Notes: generated by a model from the letters alone, not told the origin. 64,000 bases of DNA from Felis catus (GCF_018350175.1 NC_058368.1:26290001-26354000), one strand, 5' to 3'; positions 37,487 through 49,740 are shown, numbered from the stretch's first letter. A program made the numbers and translations.

Positions 37487-38146
37487 GCTTGCTTTTGGCT
37501 CCTCAGCGTTTTTCCTATTAAAGTGAAATGAATCATGTCAAGTGCCAGACCCTGGCGTGGTAAAACATGATTGTTTTGTGCAAAATTAAATAGCAAATGA
37601 AGGCAGATATTGCCTTCTTCCAGGGGGGGTGGTAACAGGTTGTTTGAGAAAAGGAAAATAAACAGCGAGGCCTTAAAAATTCGTCATCAATGGCCCCGCT
37701 GGCAAAGGTAGCCCCAGACAGTGAGGAATAGGATTCTGTAGTTATGAGCAATATTAAAAACCAATGTAACTGCTTGTGTAGCAACTTTAAGAAATTTTTC
37801 TTATAATTTAGACTCTGAACTGTTTATAATTTTTACGAATGAGGTAACATTGATTACAAAAGATGTGTCTAGGCATCGGTGCATTTCCCTGGTAACTCTT
37901 CTTTTTTTCTGATCTAGTTATTGGAGAGCTCTTCCAAGGCAGTCCGTGTCTTTGTTGGTGATACAATAAGCACTGGGTAAAATCTTCAATCCCTTGGACT
38001 TCTCAGTTCCTTTCTGGATGCTGCTTTTTGCCAGAGGCTTTCTCTCCCCTCCCGTGTACTTCCAGGTCTGGAGGTGTTCTGTGAGTCTGTTACAAAAGAC
38101 TGGACTATGGAGAGGTTTTCTTCTGGATTTCTTTCCTTCATTAATT

Positions 38147-38154
38147 ATTTGCAT
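38147..38154. promoter_or_regulatory. Octamer (POU) motif next to a TAATTA homeodomain site
   Basis: CATTAATTATTTGCAT (reverse complement ATGCAAATAATTAATG). Confidence 0.3.
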
Positions 38155-39059
38155 ATTTTTTTGAATCTTTTAAAAGAGATTACTTAGAGAATTCCTTGGA
38201 TTAAATATCAGAACGAATTACTTGGACCTCACGTAAGCACTAAGAAAGCAGTAGCTGAGCTCTACTGAGTAAGGGGAAAGGAAGAGAACGTGGTCTCTAA
38301 TAACAGCCCTGTGTTTCTCTGACTCTCTCAAATGTTCATCTATCTGCCTGCCCCGTTTCCGCTCTCCAGAGTGATCATCACCTTATGGAGGGTTGTGTTT
38401 TTTGCCTTCATCTTTCATTCAGCCCTTCTGGGGTAACCAGAGACCTCTTACAAGCGCTCCAGAGAAGCCTCGGAACTGACTAATAAATTAGCTCCACCTG
38501 AAAATGGATATTAGCGCATAGACACTTGATCCTTTCTTCTCAGTTCTCCTTCGTAGTAACAACTTGTTTCTTTTTTTTAAACTTATAGTAGATGAAGAAG
38601 TAGATGTATCAAGACTAAAATATATATGGTTAAATTGCCCTAGCTTGTAATTTTAGTATGTATGCATTTTCTTCCTGGCAAGGTACTGTATGTTTTTAAG
38701 TAAAAATCATCTTATTCAAGATTTGCGAACTGGTTTTGTGGATTATATAAAAGATTCATGCTTTAAGAACAGGCCGACCCCTCCCTGTGGCCTTGGGGCA
38801 GTTTTGGTGTAATTGTACACTCTGAAACTCAATTAACTCTAACTTTGAGATTACCTGAAAGATCTGGTGCAAGAACTCAGCCAAGTTCACGTCCTTCGAC
38901 GTGCTCTGCAAAACGTTTACATATCAGCAAGCAGCTCATCAGTATTTTTCTCATCCTAAATGTGGTTTTCAGATCTATTTAATTCTTGTTTTGATGAAGG
39001 AATTTGGGCTTTAAAAATAAGGCATTGTGGTTTAATTTTTTTAAAAAGAAGTTCGAGTT

Positions 39060-39395
39060 GGTTAAGGGGCAGTTGGTTGCAGACCAGGAATGCCAAGCTA
39101 AAGGGTGGGGTTTTATCCTATAGGTAGTGTGTAATCATTAGAGGACTCCTAAGCGAATGGGTGATGGGCAAGAAAGGAAAGAAAATTTTAAGAAATTAGC
39201 CTGGAAGGCAGCATACAGGATGAATTTGTTTGGATCTGGCTGAATACAGATTGGGGCCAGGTTAACCAGATGATATGGCAATAATCTGGAAGTCTTAATG
39301 ATACGGGTCCGGATTAGGATGATGGCAGTAGGAATAGAAAAAGAAAAGGCAGAGATATTATCAGGGAAGAATTGATAAGACAGCAAATTGCTAAG
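39060..39395 (-). mobile_element. L2 fragment
   Basis: GAATGCCAAGCTAAAGGG...TTTTATCCTATAGGTAGTG...GGATGATGGCAGTAGGAATAGAAA, antisense L2. Confidence 0.7.
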
Positions 39396-39621
39396 TGTGT
39401 TCAAGAAGAAACTGTTATATAAAATTTCTATTTTTGTCAAAGGCAGAAGTCTTAGACATAAGCCCATCTTCTACGGGAAAACTATTTCTGTACATTTAGC
39501 ATATTGCAAATTCTTCATAATAAAGGAGATAATGCTACTTGATTTAGAGCCCAACAATGAAAGATACTGTTGATTTTGAGCCTGATTTTGTAGCTAAAAA
39601 AAGACTTTGAGAGATTATGGT

Positions 39622-40027
39622 GTAGTGCTTCTCAAATCCTGGCAGCCTCAAAATCACTTGGTTTGTTGGGGGTGGGCTAAGTGTTCTAGGGGCTGCAGAA
39701 TGTTGTGGGTAGGAGCACAGACTATATGTAGGTCTGCAGGCTTTGAACCTGGATCCACCCTTTGCCATGGACAAGTTATTTAACTTCTCTGCCCCAGTTA
39801 ACCATTAGGGTCGTTGCAAGAAATCAGAGGAAACATACAAAGTGCTTAAGAGACTGCCTGACACCCTGGAAATGCTGACTAGATGGCAGCAACTATTGGT
39901 ATTTGCTGGGTATATATCATTTCCTGCCTCTGGAGATTCCAGTCCACACCTGTGACATTGGACTCAGGGATCTGTATTTTCATAATATCCCTTCCTGTGA
40001 CTGATCACCAGGTGTGAGAACTTGTTG
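39622..40027. mobile_element. MER5-like hAT element with an internal MIR-like segment (~39690-39897)
   Basis: GTAGTGCTTCTCAAATCCTGG...AATCACTTGG start; GGATCTGTATTTT...GGTGTGAGAAC end. Confidence 0.55.
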
Positions 40028-40559
40028 CAACTTGTTTTTCTACCTCCATATAATAGGACTGAGTTTAAATCACTCTGTGCATTTTTTTATCCTTTATTTC
40101 GACATTCCAAACATGGCCATGTTTGTAAATAGTATGTGTTACTATTGTAGCATGCTCTATCAGGAACTCCTTTTGAATAGTTGACCTAAATCCCCCTGGA
40201 AATTCCTCCGAGCCTCCCCCTACCCCCGTTTCTCCCCACTTTGTCGCCCCAGTGGAGTTGAGGCTCCTAGCCCTTATGTTCCAGCCCTATGCGCTGCCTC
40301 TCCCAGAGATGGAGATCAGTGCTCCTTGGTCTTGGACTTCACACTCCAGCTCTGCTTATTCCCCATCCTGCCTGTGCTGTCAGATAAATCTGTATACATT
40401 GTATTGGGGAAAACTAGTATGGTTAAAAACATACAGTACCTTGCTAGTCTTACTGACTAATTACAATTGCAGAGTTTTTAAATGCATAAATTATATCAGG
40501 TTTTTGTTTTTTTAAGTTCTTCTTAAGACCTATTCTCCAATCCTTTGATTATTGCTGGT

Positions 40560-40825
40560 TTAGTGGTTCTTAGCCCTGGCTTCGCATTGAATTCACCTGG
40601 GGAACTTTTTTTTTTTTCAACGTTTTTTATTTTTATTTTTGGGACAGAGAGAGACAGAGCATGAACGGGGGAGGGGCAGAGAGAGAGGGAGACACAGAAT
40701 TGGAACTGGGGAACTTTTAAAACCTAGCGGGACTGAGGACTCTCACTGATCGATTAAATCAGGATGGGTCTGAATATCTGTATTTGTGAAAAGCTTCCCA
40801 ATCGACTCTAAGGTTCAGCCCAGGC
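40560..40825. mobile_element. MER5A-like hAT element split by a truncated SINE
   Basis: TAGTGGTTCTTAGCCCTGGC...TTCACCTGGGGAACTTTT-AAAA...ATCTGTATTT...AAGCTTCCCA. Confidence 0.7.
40610..40705 (-). mobile_element. 5'-truncated SINEC_Fc
   Basis: 3' half only; perfect TSD CTGGGGAACTTTT at 40597-40609 and 40706-40718. Confidence 0.95.
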
Positions 40826-41084
40826 GGAGGAGCCCTTTTAGGCCCAACTCCCCCCAACCGTCTCACCACCGTCTGGTCAGACAAAGGAGTGCTTAAGCCT
40901 TCTGAAGTGAATATAGCTTCCGGGGTCTGGCAAAGTATTTGGGTCAGGGAAAGAGAAAGGGTCTGTAAGCCTCTTCGTGTCCACCTGTCTCTGGGCTTTA
41001 GACCTTTGTAGATGCCATGCCCAGATTGTTCAAGGCCCTCTGTTACACTGTCTCCTAGAAACTGTAAAATTTTCCTTAATAGTG

Positions 41085-41718
41085 CAGGCATTCCTTCTAT
41101 GCCATGATATGTATATTCCTAAAAAACCTCATTTTGCGTGCAAAAAATGAGACAGCTTATGGAGAAAACAGAGTTGGGGCCAACCACTCAACACTTAGGC
41201 AGCTTTGTAACCAGAGCAGGGAGGGAACAAAAAATTGATACCAGCTCAATATAGCTGGAAGCTCTCATGGTAGATCTTAAAAATACACACAAAAAAGTAG
41301 AGTGAAATGCCAGCAATATTTTAATTAGAGCAGAGGCGGCAGGTGCTAAGATAACGCAGAAGAAATGAAGCTCTAAGCCAGTGGGGCTGTGGGGAGGCCG
41401 GTACAAGAGTCAGCTAAGCTGGCATAAGCTGAAAGCTGCACAGAGCTGGTGGGGGGAGCTCCTGGTGGAGGGCTTGCTTTTAAGTTTCATTAAATACCAA
41501 TGAAAGGGCTCCTGCTGCTGCTATAGCGTGCTGAGGGCTTTTTCTTTTCTTGTTAAAGGTTGCGATTCACTGGATGTCATGGCTCCTCTTGTGTAGGAAA
41601 AACCCCTGTGAATCAACAAAATATTTGTGTTATCCTGACATCATATTTTCATTTACTAATCACTTATGAATTAATTTGCCTTCCAGAAACACATGCATGT
41701 TAAAGCAAAGTGGGCTAT
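41085..41718. mobile_element. Non-autonomous Tigger (Tigger12/13 group) DNA transposon
   Basis: Degenerate TIRs (CAGGCATTCCTTCTAT... / ...TTAAAGCAAAGTGGGCTATA); internal GCTTATGGAGAAAACAGAGTTGGGGCCAACCACTCAA...CTTTGTAACCAGAGCA resembles the recalled consensus. Confidence 0.65.
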
Positions 41719-41759
41719 ATATCACAATTTGTAATCCCAGACTGCTCTGGCACACATCT

Positions 41760-41865
41760 TGAGTGAGGCCTGTCTTTCCCACTAGAATGTAAGCTCCCTG
41801 AGGTCAGGGACTGTGACTGTTTCGATTTCTGGTCCTTGCAGGCATTTGCTGAATGAATGAATGAC
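41760..41865 (+). mobile_element. L2 3' end
   Basis: CCCACTAGAATGTAAGCTCCCTGAGGTCAGGGAC...TGAATGAATGAATGA. Confidence 0.85.
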
Positions 41866-42059
41866 TCGGGTAGAACTTTTCTAATGAAAGTGGCGGGAGC
41901 AACTAGAGACAGGAGCATTGAGTATGCTTTTGAAAAAATTTGAACCTTGAAAGTGAATAACCTTATAGAAAGTTTGGTAAGTAGAGGAAGAAATAACCTC
42001 TGGTCCTCTTCTGTAGTCATACTCTGATACTGTTATTATTACATGGCCTTTTGAAATAT

Positions 42060-42590
42060 ATATTCTGCTAGTTCTCTATTGTAACAAATCATCCTAAAAT
42101 TGAGTGGCTTAAAACAGCAGCAAACATTATCTTACTCCGTTTCTAAGGGTCAGGAACGTGGGAGAGGCTTAGCTGGACAGTTGTCACTCGGGGTCTGTCA
42201 TGAGGTTACAGTCAAGATGTCAGCCAGGGCTATAGCCATCTGAAGGCTTGGCACTGGGCTGGAGACTCCACTTCCGAGATGGCTCACTCACATGGGTGGC
42301 AAGTTGATGCTGGCTCTTGACAGGGTGCCCTTAAATCCCCTGCTATGTGGAATTCTCCATAGGGCTGCATGAGGGTCTTCATGACATGGCAGCTCGCTTC
42401 TCCCAGAGAGAATGATTGAAGAGAGAGTAAAGCAGAATCCTTGTGACTTAGTCTTAGAAATCCTACACCATCATTTGTGCAGTATTATTCTCAGGTGAGC
42501 ACTATTCATTATAGGAAAGGACTTTACAAGGGTATGAAAACCAAGAGGGGTGGACGATTGAGGACCATCTTGAATGCTGGCTACTGCACA
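42060..42590 (-). mobile_element. MaLR MLT1 (F/G/H-type) solo LTR
   Basis: GTAACAAATCATCCTAAAATTGAGTGGCTTAAAACA...CATCTGAAGGCTTG...GATGGCTCACTCACATGG...GACCATCTTGAATGCTGGCTACTGCACA. Confidence 0.9.
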
Positions 42591-43143
42591 TATGCATTCA
42601 TGTTGATAGGTGTCATCATAGGTCATGGATAGTCTATTATCTTTTTGTTCCCTTAACATTAGATATGTATTTTCTGTGTTGCTTAGTTTCTATTATTTTT
42701 TGTTGAATAACTCCCTAGTTCCCCTTGTTTCTAAACATGTGATTATAAAATATAATATACTTAATTTTTCCCAAAACTCAGCAGACATTGAGTACTCCCT
42801 GTGTACATAGATAAGCATTTTAAATTTGCCAGTGTAATCTTGTAGATATGAAAATGTAAACTATGTACATACGTATAAAATATCTCAATTATGGGTACAG
42901 TAAGCAGTATGGAAAATGACTGGTTTTTCTTTTTTTTCTTTCATGATTTAATCTATTCTGGCATTGTTCTCTGATAATTACTATGATTGGATTGCACGTA
43001 AGGATTCCTGTAAACTTCTTCTCCTTTATTATATCTTAAGAGCAAATGAATATAAATTTGCAAATATAATTTTTTTCATTAAATCCTCTAATCAAATGCC
43101 ACACATTTAAGGATTTAGACGTATCTTTTAAAGGCCATTAAAC

Positions 43144-43366
43144 TTTTTTTTTTAATGTTTATTTATTTTTGAGAGAGAGAGACAGAGTGCAAGTGGGGGA
43201 GGTACAGAGAGAGAGAGAGGGAGACACAGAACTCAAAGCACGCTCTAGGCACCAAGCTATCAGCACAGAGCCTGATGTGGGGCTTGAGCTCGCAGACTCA
43301 TGGACCTTGAGATCATGACCAGAGCCAAAGTCGGCCACCCAACTAACTGAGCCACCCAGGTGCTCC
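43144..43366 (-). mobile_element. CAN-SINE
   Basis: TSD TTAAAGGCCATT. Confidence 0.95.
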
Positions 43367-45034
43367 TTAAAGGCCATTTTGAAAGAGAGAACAGTTTTCT
43401 TTCTATAAACTTCCTAATGAAATTCAGTAGTTAATCTGAATTTATTCTCATTGACCTATTTCTGAGTTCAAGTGTATAGTGTTCTTATACATGGGCTGTT
43501 TAGCCATTGTAACTTTTAATTAGAGTTAGAAGTGCAACCAGTCTGTGAGCTGAAGTTTAGCTAGGACTACTGTTTCTATAATTCTGGGTAGACTGAAGAT
43601 TAATACAGGTATGTCAGAAGCTTGAGAATATGTGAAATGACCTGAATTTGATTTATAGTTCTTAGATCATTACCACTCTTCAAAGAAATTTTCAAGGACT
43701 TTTAAAGTGAAATTCTGTAATTTTAGGAAGTCACATATAGTTTTATATCCATTTATACTTCTTTCCTTAGGCTTAGACACAGATGGTGAAGTCTGTTTTA
43801 TTAGTTTGTCAAGTAAAATCGACCCCTTTGGTCTAACGCTTAAGAAACTTAGGTGCAATATTTTCTTGTATGATCAACTTCAGTTTTAGGATTAGTTGGA
43901 GGAACGTTTAAAATTTTTAAGTGGATCTCTTTCCTTGAAAAGAGTGGCATGATTTAAATTATTTTTTAAGTTTCTCAAACTCTTAATAAGTAGAACATGC
44001 ATTATAATTACATGTTGACTTGCTGTTTGTACATTATATATCTTATACATAGGCATTGCTTTTCAAAGATAAATAAACAGAGTTTCTAAATACTTCCAGA
44101 CATATTCACCATCTTAATGGACCTGGCATTGTATTGCATTCGTTTGTTTCCTTGTTGCTTACTCTCTTCCGCTCTAGTTTTATAACTTTTTAAGTTACTT
44201 TTTGCCCTTTTGGGGCTCTCTCTCATTCTTTATATCCTCTTTTTTCATGTGGAAATGGAGGCTATATCAAATTCTTTAAACACCCGGATAATACCATAAG
44301 TAGAGCAACTTCTAATATCTTGTGTCTTATACTAGATTTTTAAGTTCCATTTATCCATCTTTATATGACAAGATTTGTGTGTATTTGGCTTTTTGTGTTG
44401 TACTTGTGCTCCTCCATCTGCAGGCTTGTAAATGATCCATGGGAGTAGACGACCCATCTAACTAAAAGTAGTGTGGGCCAGAGGACATCTGGCACATTTG
44501 CTATAAGATAATCACAAAGAAGGACTCAGAAGGCTTGCTGGAAACACATCATTACTACTTCCTTTTGTTGTACAAAGTCTGCTCTTATTTTCCGTAAAAG
44601 ATTAAAGGAGGCCATTGTGATGTAGCGTTTACAGAGCCATATTTTCTACTAGGCAGGACCTTTCTAAAAATGCTTGTATGCGAAATAAGTGTTTGATGTT
44701 ATATGACTTGAACACAACAAGGTGCTTAGCTAAATGATAGTGATTGTTCTTGTTATTTTGCTGAAATAACATTCATGTGTATGTACGTGGGCAATCTAGG
44801 AGTCACAGTTCTGGATTATTCTTATTGTATAATGGTTGCTGTGTAATTTATATACTTATTTGTTACAGCGATAGAATCATTTGAAATGTTGATTATATTT
44901 TGATAACTTGGCTTCCTTTAAAATCACTCCCCAACCTGCTTAACTGGTTAAGACCCTTTACCAGAATTTCTTCCTAGTCTCTGCTTTTGCCCTTTTCCTT
45001 TCAGCCTTCATGCTGTATCCAGGATCACCTTTCT

Positions 45035-45268
45035 TTTTTTTTTTTTTTTTTTAATTTTTTTTTTTCAACGTTTATTTATTTTTGGGACAGAGAGAGACAG
45101 AGCATGAACGGGGGAGGGGCAGAGAGAGAGGGAGACACAGAATCGGAAACAGGCTCCAGGCTCCGAGCCATCAGCCCAGAGCCCGACGCGGGGCTCGAAC
45201 TCCCAGACCGCGAGATCGTGACGTGGCTGAAGTCGGACGCTTAACCGACTGCGCCACCCAGGCGCCCC
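45035..45268 (-). mobile_element. Young SINEC_Fc
   Basis: Perfect TSD CAGGATCACCTTTCT at 45020-45034 and 45269-45283; sits within an L2 relic. Confidence 0.98.
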
Positions 45269-45924
45269 CAGGATCACCTTTCTGAAATCCAGAACATTTG
45301 CCTGTAGGAACGCCTTCAGTGTCTGCTCCCATCTCCCAGAGGCAGGGTTGATATTTGGCTGGTTTGCACTAGTTAGGTAAAATTGACTGTTTATAACTGG
45401 CATCTATTCTGGTGGCCTGGAGCTCATGTGTTGTGGGGTAAATTTCAGATTCTTTAGCAGTGTTTTCAAGATTTTTGGATAATTGAAGGATTTCTGGATA
45501 CTTCTGCATCCATTTTCCACCATTCTATAATTATTTCAGATGTCCCTACTTCTGGGGCATCTTCCACAAAGATACTTTGCCTTTCTGCCTATTTTGGACA
45601 TGCTCTTAATTTTCCTGGAAATATTTTCTCTTTTTCTGGTCTAATGATGTAAGATTATTCATGAAGGATTTAATTTAAGAGAAAACCCCTTTGTAAAACC
45701 TTTCCTGACTACCCAACGCCTACAATACTCCCCCTGTCCCTTTTTGCTTGTTGACCTCTTCCTCTGCTTTCTTTGGTTCTTGCAACACCTATCATACTTA
45801 TTACTTCACACTTAAATTATTTCTTTAGTGACTACCTGTGCTAAGCACTGTGATAGCCCCACAGTCCGGGAAGGGTGGTAGATTTGCAAGCAATAATTAC
45901 AGTGCAGGGGAAAGAAATCGACTT

Positions 45925-46105
45925 TTTGAATGAGACAAACCTGAGTTCAAATTCCAGGTCTGCCATTTAACAGCAGTGTGACACTGGTCAAATTAACTTT
46001 GCTGGTCTCAGTTTACTCATCTGTATATGTGATGGTAATAGAGGTGAGCTGACTATTAAACAAGATAATATGTATGGTGCTTACTATATTGCCTAGTGCA
46101 TAGTT
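45925..46105 (+). mobile_element. MIR relic
   Basis: CCTGAGTTCAAATTCCAGGTCTGCCATTTAAC...TCTCAGTTTACTCATCTGTA. Confidence 0.82.
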
Positions 46106-46669
46106 ATTCGATATGTATTTTACTAGTTGAATTCAGTTTAAAAGTTTAGTCTTGCCTTTTATTTTTCTCTTTGAATCTTAATTTGTAACAAGAAAGCAGT
46201 ATTCATCTGAAAACACTTCTCCCTTCTAGTGCTCTGTGGTAAAACTGGATAAGTTATATCACTCCTGCTAAGGAAAAACATTGTTTACCAATTTCTACCA
46301 GCTTTTTAGGAGAGGGACTATTTCACTTTTCAAAAGGAGGCCAGTGACTAGCCCAATGCCAGACACAAAATGTTTGTGAAATAAATAAGTAGTTATTGTG
46401 TAATAAATATTTGTGCAAAAAATATCTGTGGAAGGGAGCTATCATGGGAAAGAAAGACTGTCTTCCCTTCCTTGTTCTGGGCATGAGTTCACTTGATTTC
46501 TTTCTGGAACAACAGGCATACCAAAATCATGGGAAGAGAAGTCATAGAAGCTGGTGGGAGTTTCCCTCCTTAGCTTTCACTTGAGAGACTCAGATGCTAC
46601 AGACAGCTTTCCTGAAGGAGGCTACCAGGACTGTAACATAGTTTGGGACATTAAAAATAGGCGAGGGGA

Positions 46670-46886
46670 GGGGCGCCTGGGTGGCACAGTCGGTTAAGCG
46701 TCTGACTTCAGCCAGGTCACGATCTCGCGGTCCGTGAGTTCGAGCCCTGCGTCGGGCTCTGGGCTGATGGCTCGGAGCCTGGAGCCTGTTTCCGGTTCTG
46801 TGTCTCCCTCTCTCTCTGCCCCTCCCCCGTTCATGCTCTGTCTCTCTCTGTCCCAAAAATAAATAAACGTTGAAAAAAAAAATTTA
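46670..46886 (+). mobile_element. Young SINEC_Fc
   Basis: Perfect TSD AAAAATAGGCGAGGGGA at 46653-46669 and 46887-46903. Confidence 0.98.
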
Positions 46887-47759
46887 AAAAATAGGCGAGG
46901 GGAAAAAAAGAGGGGATTCTCTTTAAACATACAAAACAAAAATGTTAGGACTCACTCTGTGAACAAATTCGTCATATTATAGAGATTAAAGCAAATCTCG
47001 ATCTTCCCTTTTACCGAAACAATGAAATCTTCATTGGTTCTTGGAATGATTAATTATTATGAATTTGTTCTTAGGATTATTATTATATGGTTAGGAACAA
47101 ATAAAGCAAGTTGCGTAAGGTGGTTCTCACAGCTGAAACATTTTCTTTTGGATATGATCTCTAATAATGCTGTTTATATCAGGCTATTTTCAAGACATTT
47201 TCTACTTTAAAGAATAAGTGGAGACATGTGATTTGGAAAAATTTGATTTAACCCAGAGCACAAGGTCATAGCCTTCACAGCTCACCTTACTGGTGTGGGA
47301 AATGCCAGGTTCTTTGTGTTAGCTCTTCATTTTACATAGGAAGAAATAACTTCTGGAAATTTGAATTAAAGTCCAACTCCAAAGCTCAAGATCTGACTGT
47401 TGCTCTTTAAAGTTGCACTTAAAAAGTCAATTCTAATCAGGGAGTAAATAGACTTTGAGTCTTGCAATTGCATATCTAGACCTAAACGACCAAAAATAAC
47501 ATCATAGATTATTTTAAGGGTTGTTTAGAAGCGACACTTTAATTGGAATTAGAAAGGGTGAGCCAGCATTATTTTGACTTTACCTCTCTTGGGCCCTGTA
47601 GAATTTTGCTTTTAGGAGAATGTGGAGAATTTTTGCTGGTATCAGAATCTTAGAAACATGAGGAGGGTAAATGTGATAGAAATAGGGACTCAGAGATAAT
47701 CAGAGACTTCACTAATCTGTTTAAAAAGTGAAAGTAGATCCTAGAACTTTTTCTATTTT

Positions 47760-48774
47760 AAAATGAAGGGACCTTGAAATCCCCAGAAACCTAATTTTGT
47801 GGGGAGACTTGGATTAAATGCATACAATTAAAATAGGTAACCTGTGTCATCAAACTGATGATTTGATCCAATATAGAGCCTTCTTCTTCGGTTTGCTTCT
47901 GAACCACTGCGGGAAATTCTGCAGTTCCCTGGTCTGTACTCTCTGCCTCTCCCGACAGCTACTCTTTGGAAATTATAGACATGTTTGAAACTCCCAGGCC
48001 AGCCACTACTGGCACTAAGAGAAGCAGCTTCTGAAGGATTTGCAGATTTCCATGTAAGGTCTTTGTATACAGATAGTGCTGTCTCTTTGGGAGGAAGGTT
48101 GTTCCCGTTCGTTTGTTTCCATTTGCTCTTCGGTCTGTCTGCTCAACAATCTTCCCGTTTCTTCTGTTTCTTTAGGGCTTGCTCCTGCTGACTTCACTAG
48201 AAGTGAAGGTTCTTCACTTGAGGTTGCTGTAGCCATAGAAGTTTCCGTTATTTTCCTGGGTTATCTTTGGTGGCTCAGGGTGGGTTATCTTTGGTGGTCC
48301 ACAGTGTGGATTCTTTTATGCCTCTTGATCTGGAGAAATTACATGTTCTCTCCTTTGTCTCAAAACGTCCTCTTTCCACCTTTTCCTCGATACTTAAAAG
48401 CTCCTCTTTTGTGTGCACTGCTTGGTGTTTTTGAATCTGGGTGATTAGACATGTTTGGGATGTTGAATGCGTGCTTTTCTGTATAGAAAAATTAACATTT
48501 GCAAAAGAATAGCAAAACATAATCTTTGTAGCACAACAAATGTGGTGGCCTGACATACATGGTTTATGTTTGAGATACGTGTGTGTTTGTGTCTCTCTAG
48601 GTGGCTTGGTTCATTCAGCTGGTGCAGTTTCCTGCTTTCACTTAGTATTTCTCGAAGACATAAACATAAGCAAAACATGAAGTGTGCATTATACTCAAGT
48701 TGTTCTCTAACATATATAAATTGTTTTGGAATAAATTTGTGTTTTCTAAACAAGTTTTAAAGCAGAACAGCTTA
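47760..48774 (-). mobile_element. Tigger/pogo DNA transposon fossil with pseudogenised transposase N-terminal half
   Basis: Frameshifted minus-strand peptides LLSIEEKV..RFETKERTCNFSRSRGIKESTLWT (HTH-psq), ETGRLLSRQTEEQ..ETALSVYKDL..SASSGWPGSFKHVYNF (CENP-B-type HTH), GEAESTDQGTAEFPAVVQKQTEEEGSILDQI..FDDTG (start of DDE); Tigger12/13-like TIR at ~48755-48774. Confidence 0.85.
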
Positions 48775-48788
48775 TATTTGATAGGCTC

Positions 48789-49016
48789 TTTTTTTGTCTT
48801 TTGGTATTTTTTTTTTAAAGTTTATTTATTTATTTTGAGAATGAGAGAGCACGCGCGAGTGCGAGAGGGGGACATGCAGAGAGATGGAGAGAATCCCAAC
48901 CAGGCTTCATGCTGTGAGTGCAACTTGGGAGCTCGACCCCACGAACGAACTGTGGGATCATAACCTGAGGTGAAATCAAGAGTTGGACGCTTAACTGACT
49001 GAGCCACCCAGGCACC
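48789..49016 (-). mobile_element. CAN-SINE (older subfamily)
   Basis: Antisense head; TSD TAGGC(T/C)CTTTT. Confidence 0.93.
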
Positions 49017-49074
49017 ACTAGGCCCTTTTAATTAAATTTTAAAAAAAGAAAAAGAAAGAAAGAAAAAGAAAAAG

Positions 49075-49740
49075 CGTGATCTGTCGTTCTAGGTTATCTT
49101 CTTGAACTATTTTGTGATACTTCGCTCCCCTCCATAGTCTCTGTTCTGTTTCTGAAACTCCTATTGTTCAGATATTAGCCCTTCTAAGCTGCTGTTCTTT
49201 GTTTACTTCCCTATTTTGGTATTTTGTTTTAGTTCTGAGATATTCAACTTTGCTTTCTGTCTATTCTAGTGAATTTTCACTTGTGCTCTCATAATACCCA
49301 TTTTCCGGTTTCCAGGAGTTCTTTTTGGCGTTCTGTTGTTGTCTTTCTACTATCATTATGTCCATGTCTTTTAGATCTTTAAAGTTTCCTCGTTTCCCTA
49401 CACTCCCTCTGTTTTCTCCAGGTTCCTTTTCTTCTGAGTCAGCCCTTGCTTGTTGTTCAGCTGTGTAAGACTAGGGTGGGATAAGGTCCATGTTTCCTGC
49501 AGACTCTCTTCCCACTTGCATGGTGCACTTTGAGAAGCATGTGGTTTATAAGTATTGGGCTCTTTAATGCATATCAGCTATCTTCTGGACTTTATTAATG
49601 CTTTGCTTAAGTTCCTGCTGGATGAATCACCATCTGTTTTCCAGTCCTCCAAACTGTCGAAATTGACAGCTGTCCTATTTCTTCTACCCTTGTATGTTTC
49701 TTTAGTGGTTTGTAGGTAGAAACCGAGAAGAAAGAAGTGT
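49075..49740 (-). mobile_element. Old L1/HAL1 5' or ORF1 fragment
   Basis: CTCTGTTCTGTTTCTGAAACTCCTATTGTTCAGATATTAG resembles antisense L1M ORF1. Confidence 0.55.

Noticed and set aside
37918..38154. 78-aa minus-strand ORF in the repeat-free block
   Set aside because: No recognisable homology, length within chance expectation, opposite to the inferred host strand
39873..39891. TGACTAGATGGCAGCA, CTCF-like
   Set aside because: Lacks the conserved CC at the start of the core and lies in a MIR tail
48260..48295. GTTATCTTTGGT, similar to the miR-9 precursor
   Set aside because: The match stops before TATCTAGCTGTATGA, there is no hairpin, and it lies within a Tigger fossil
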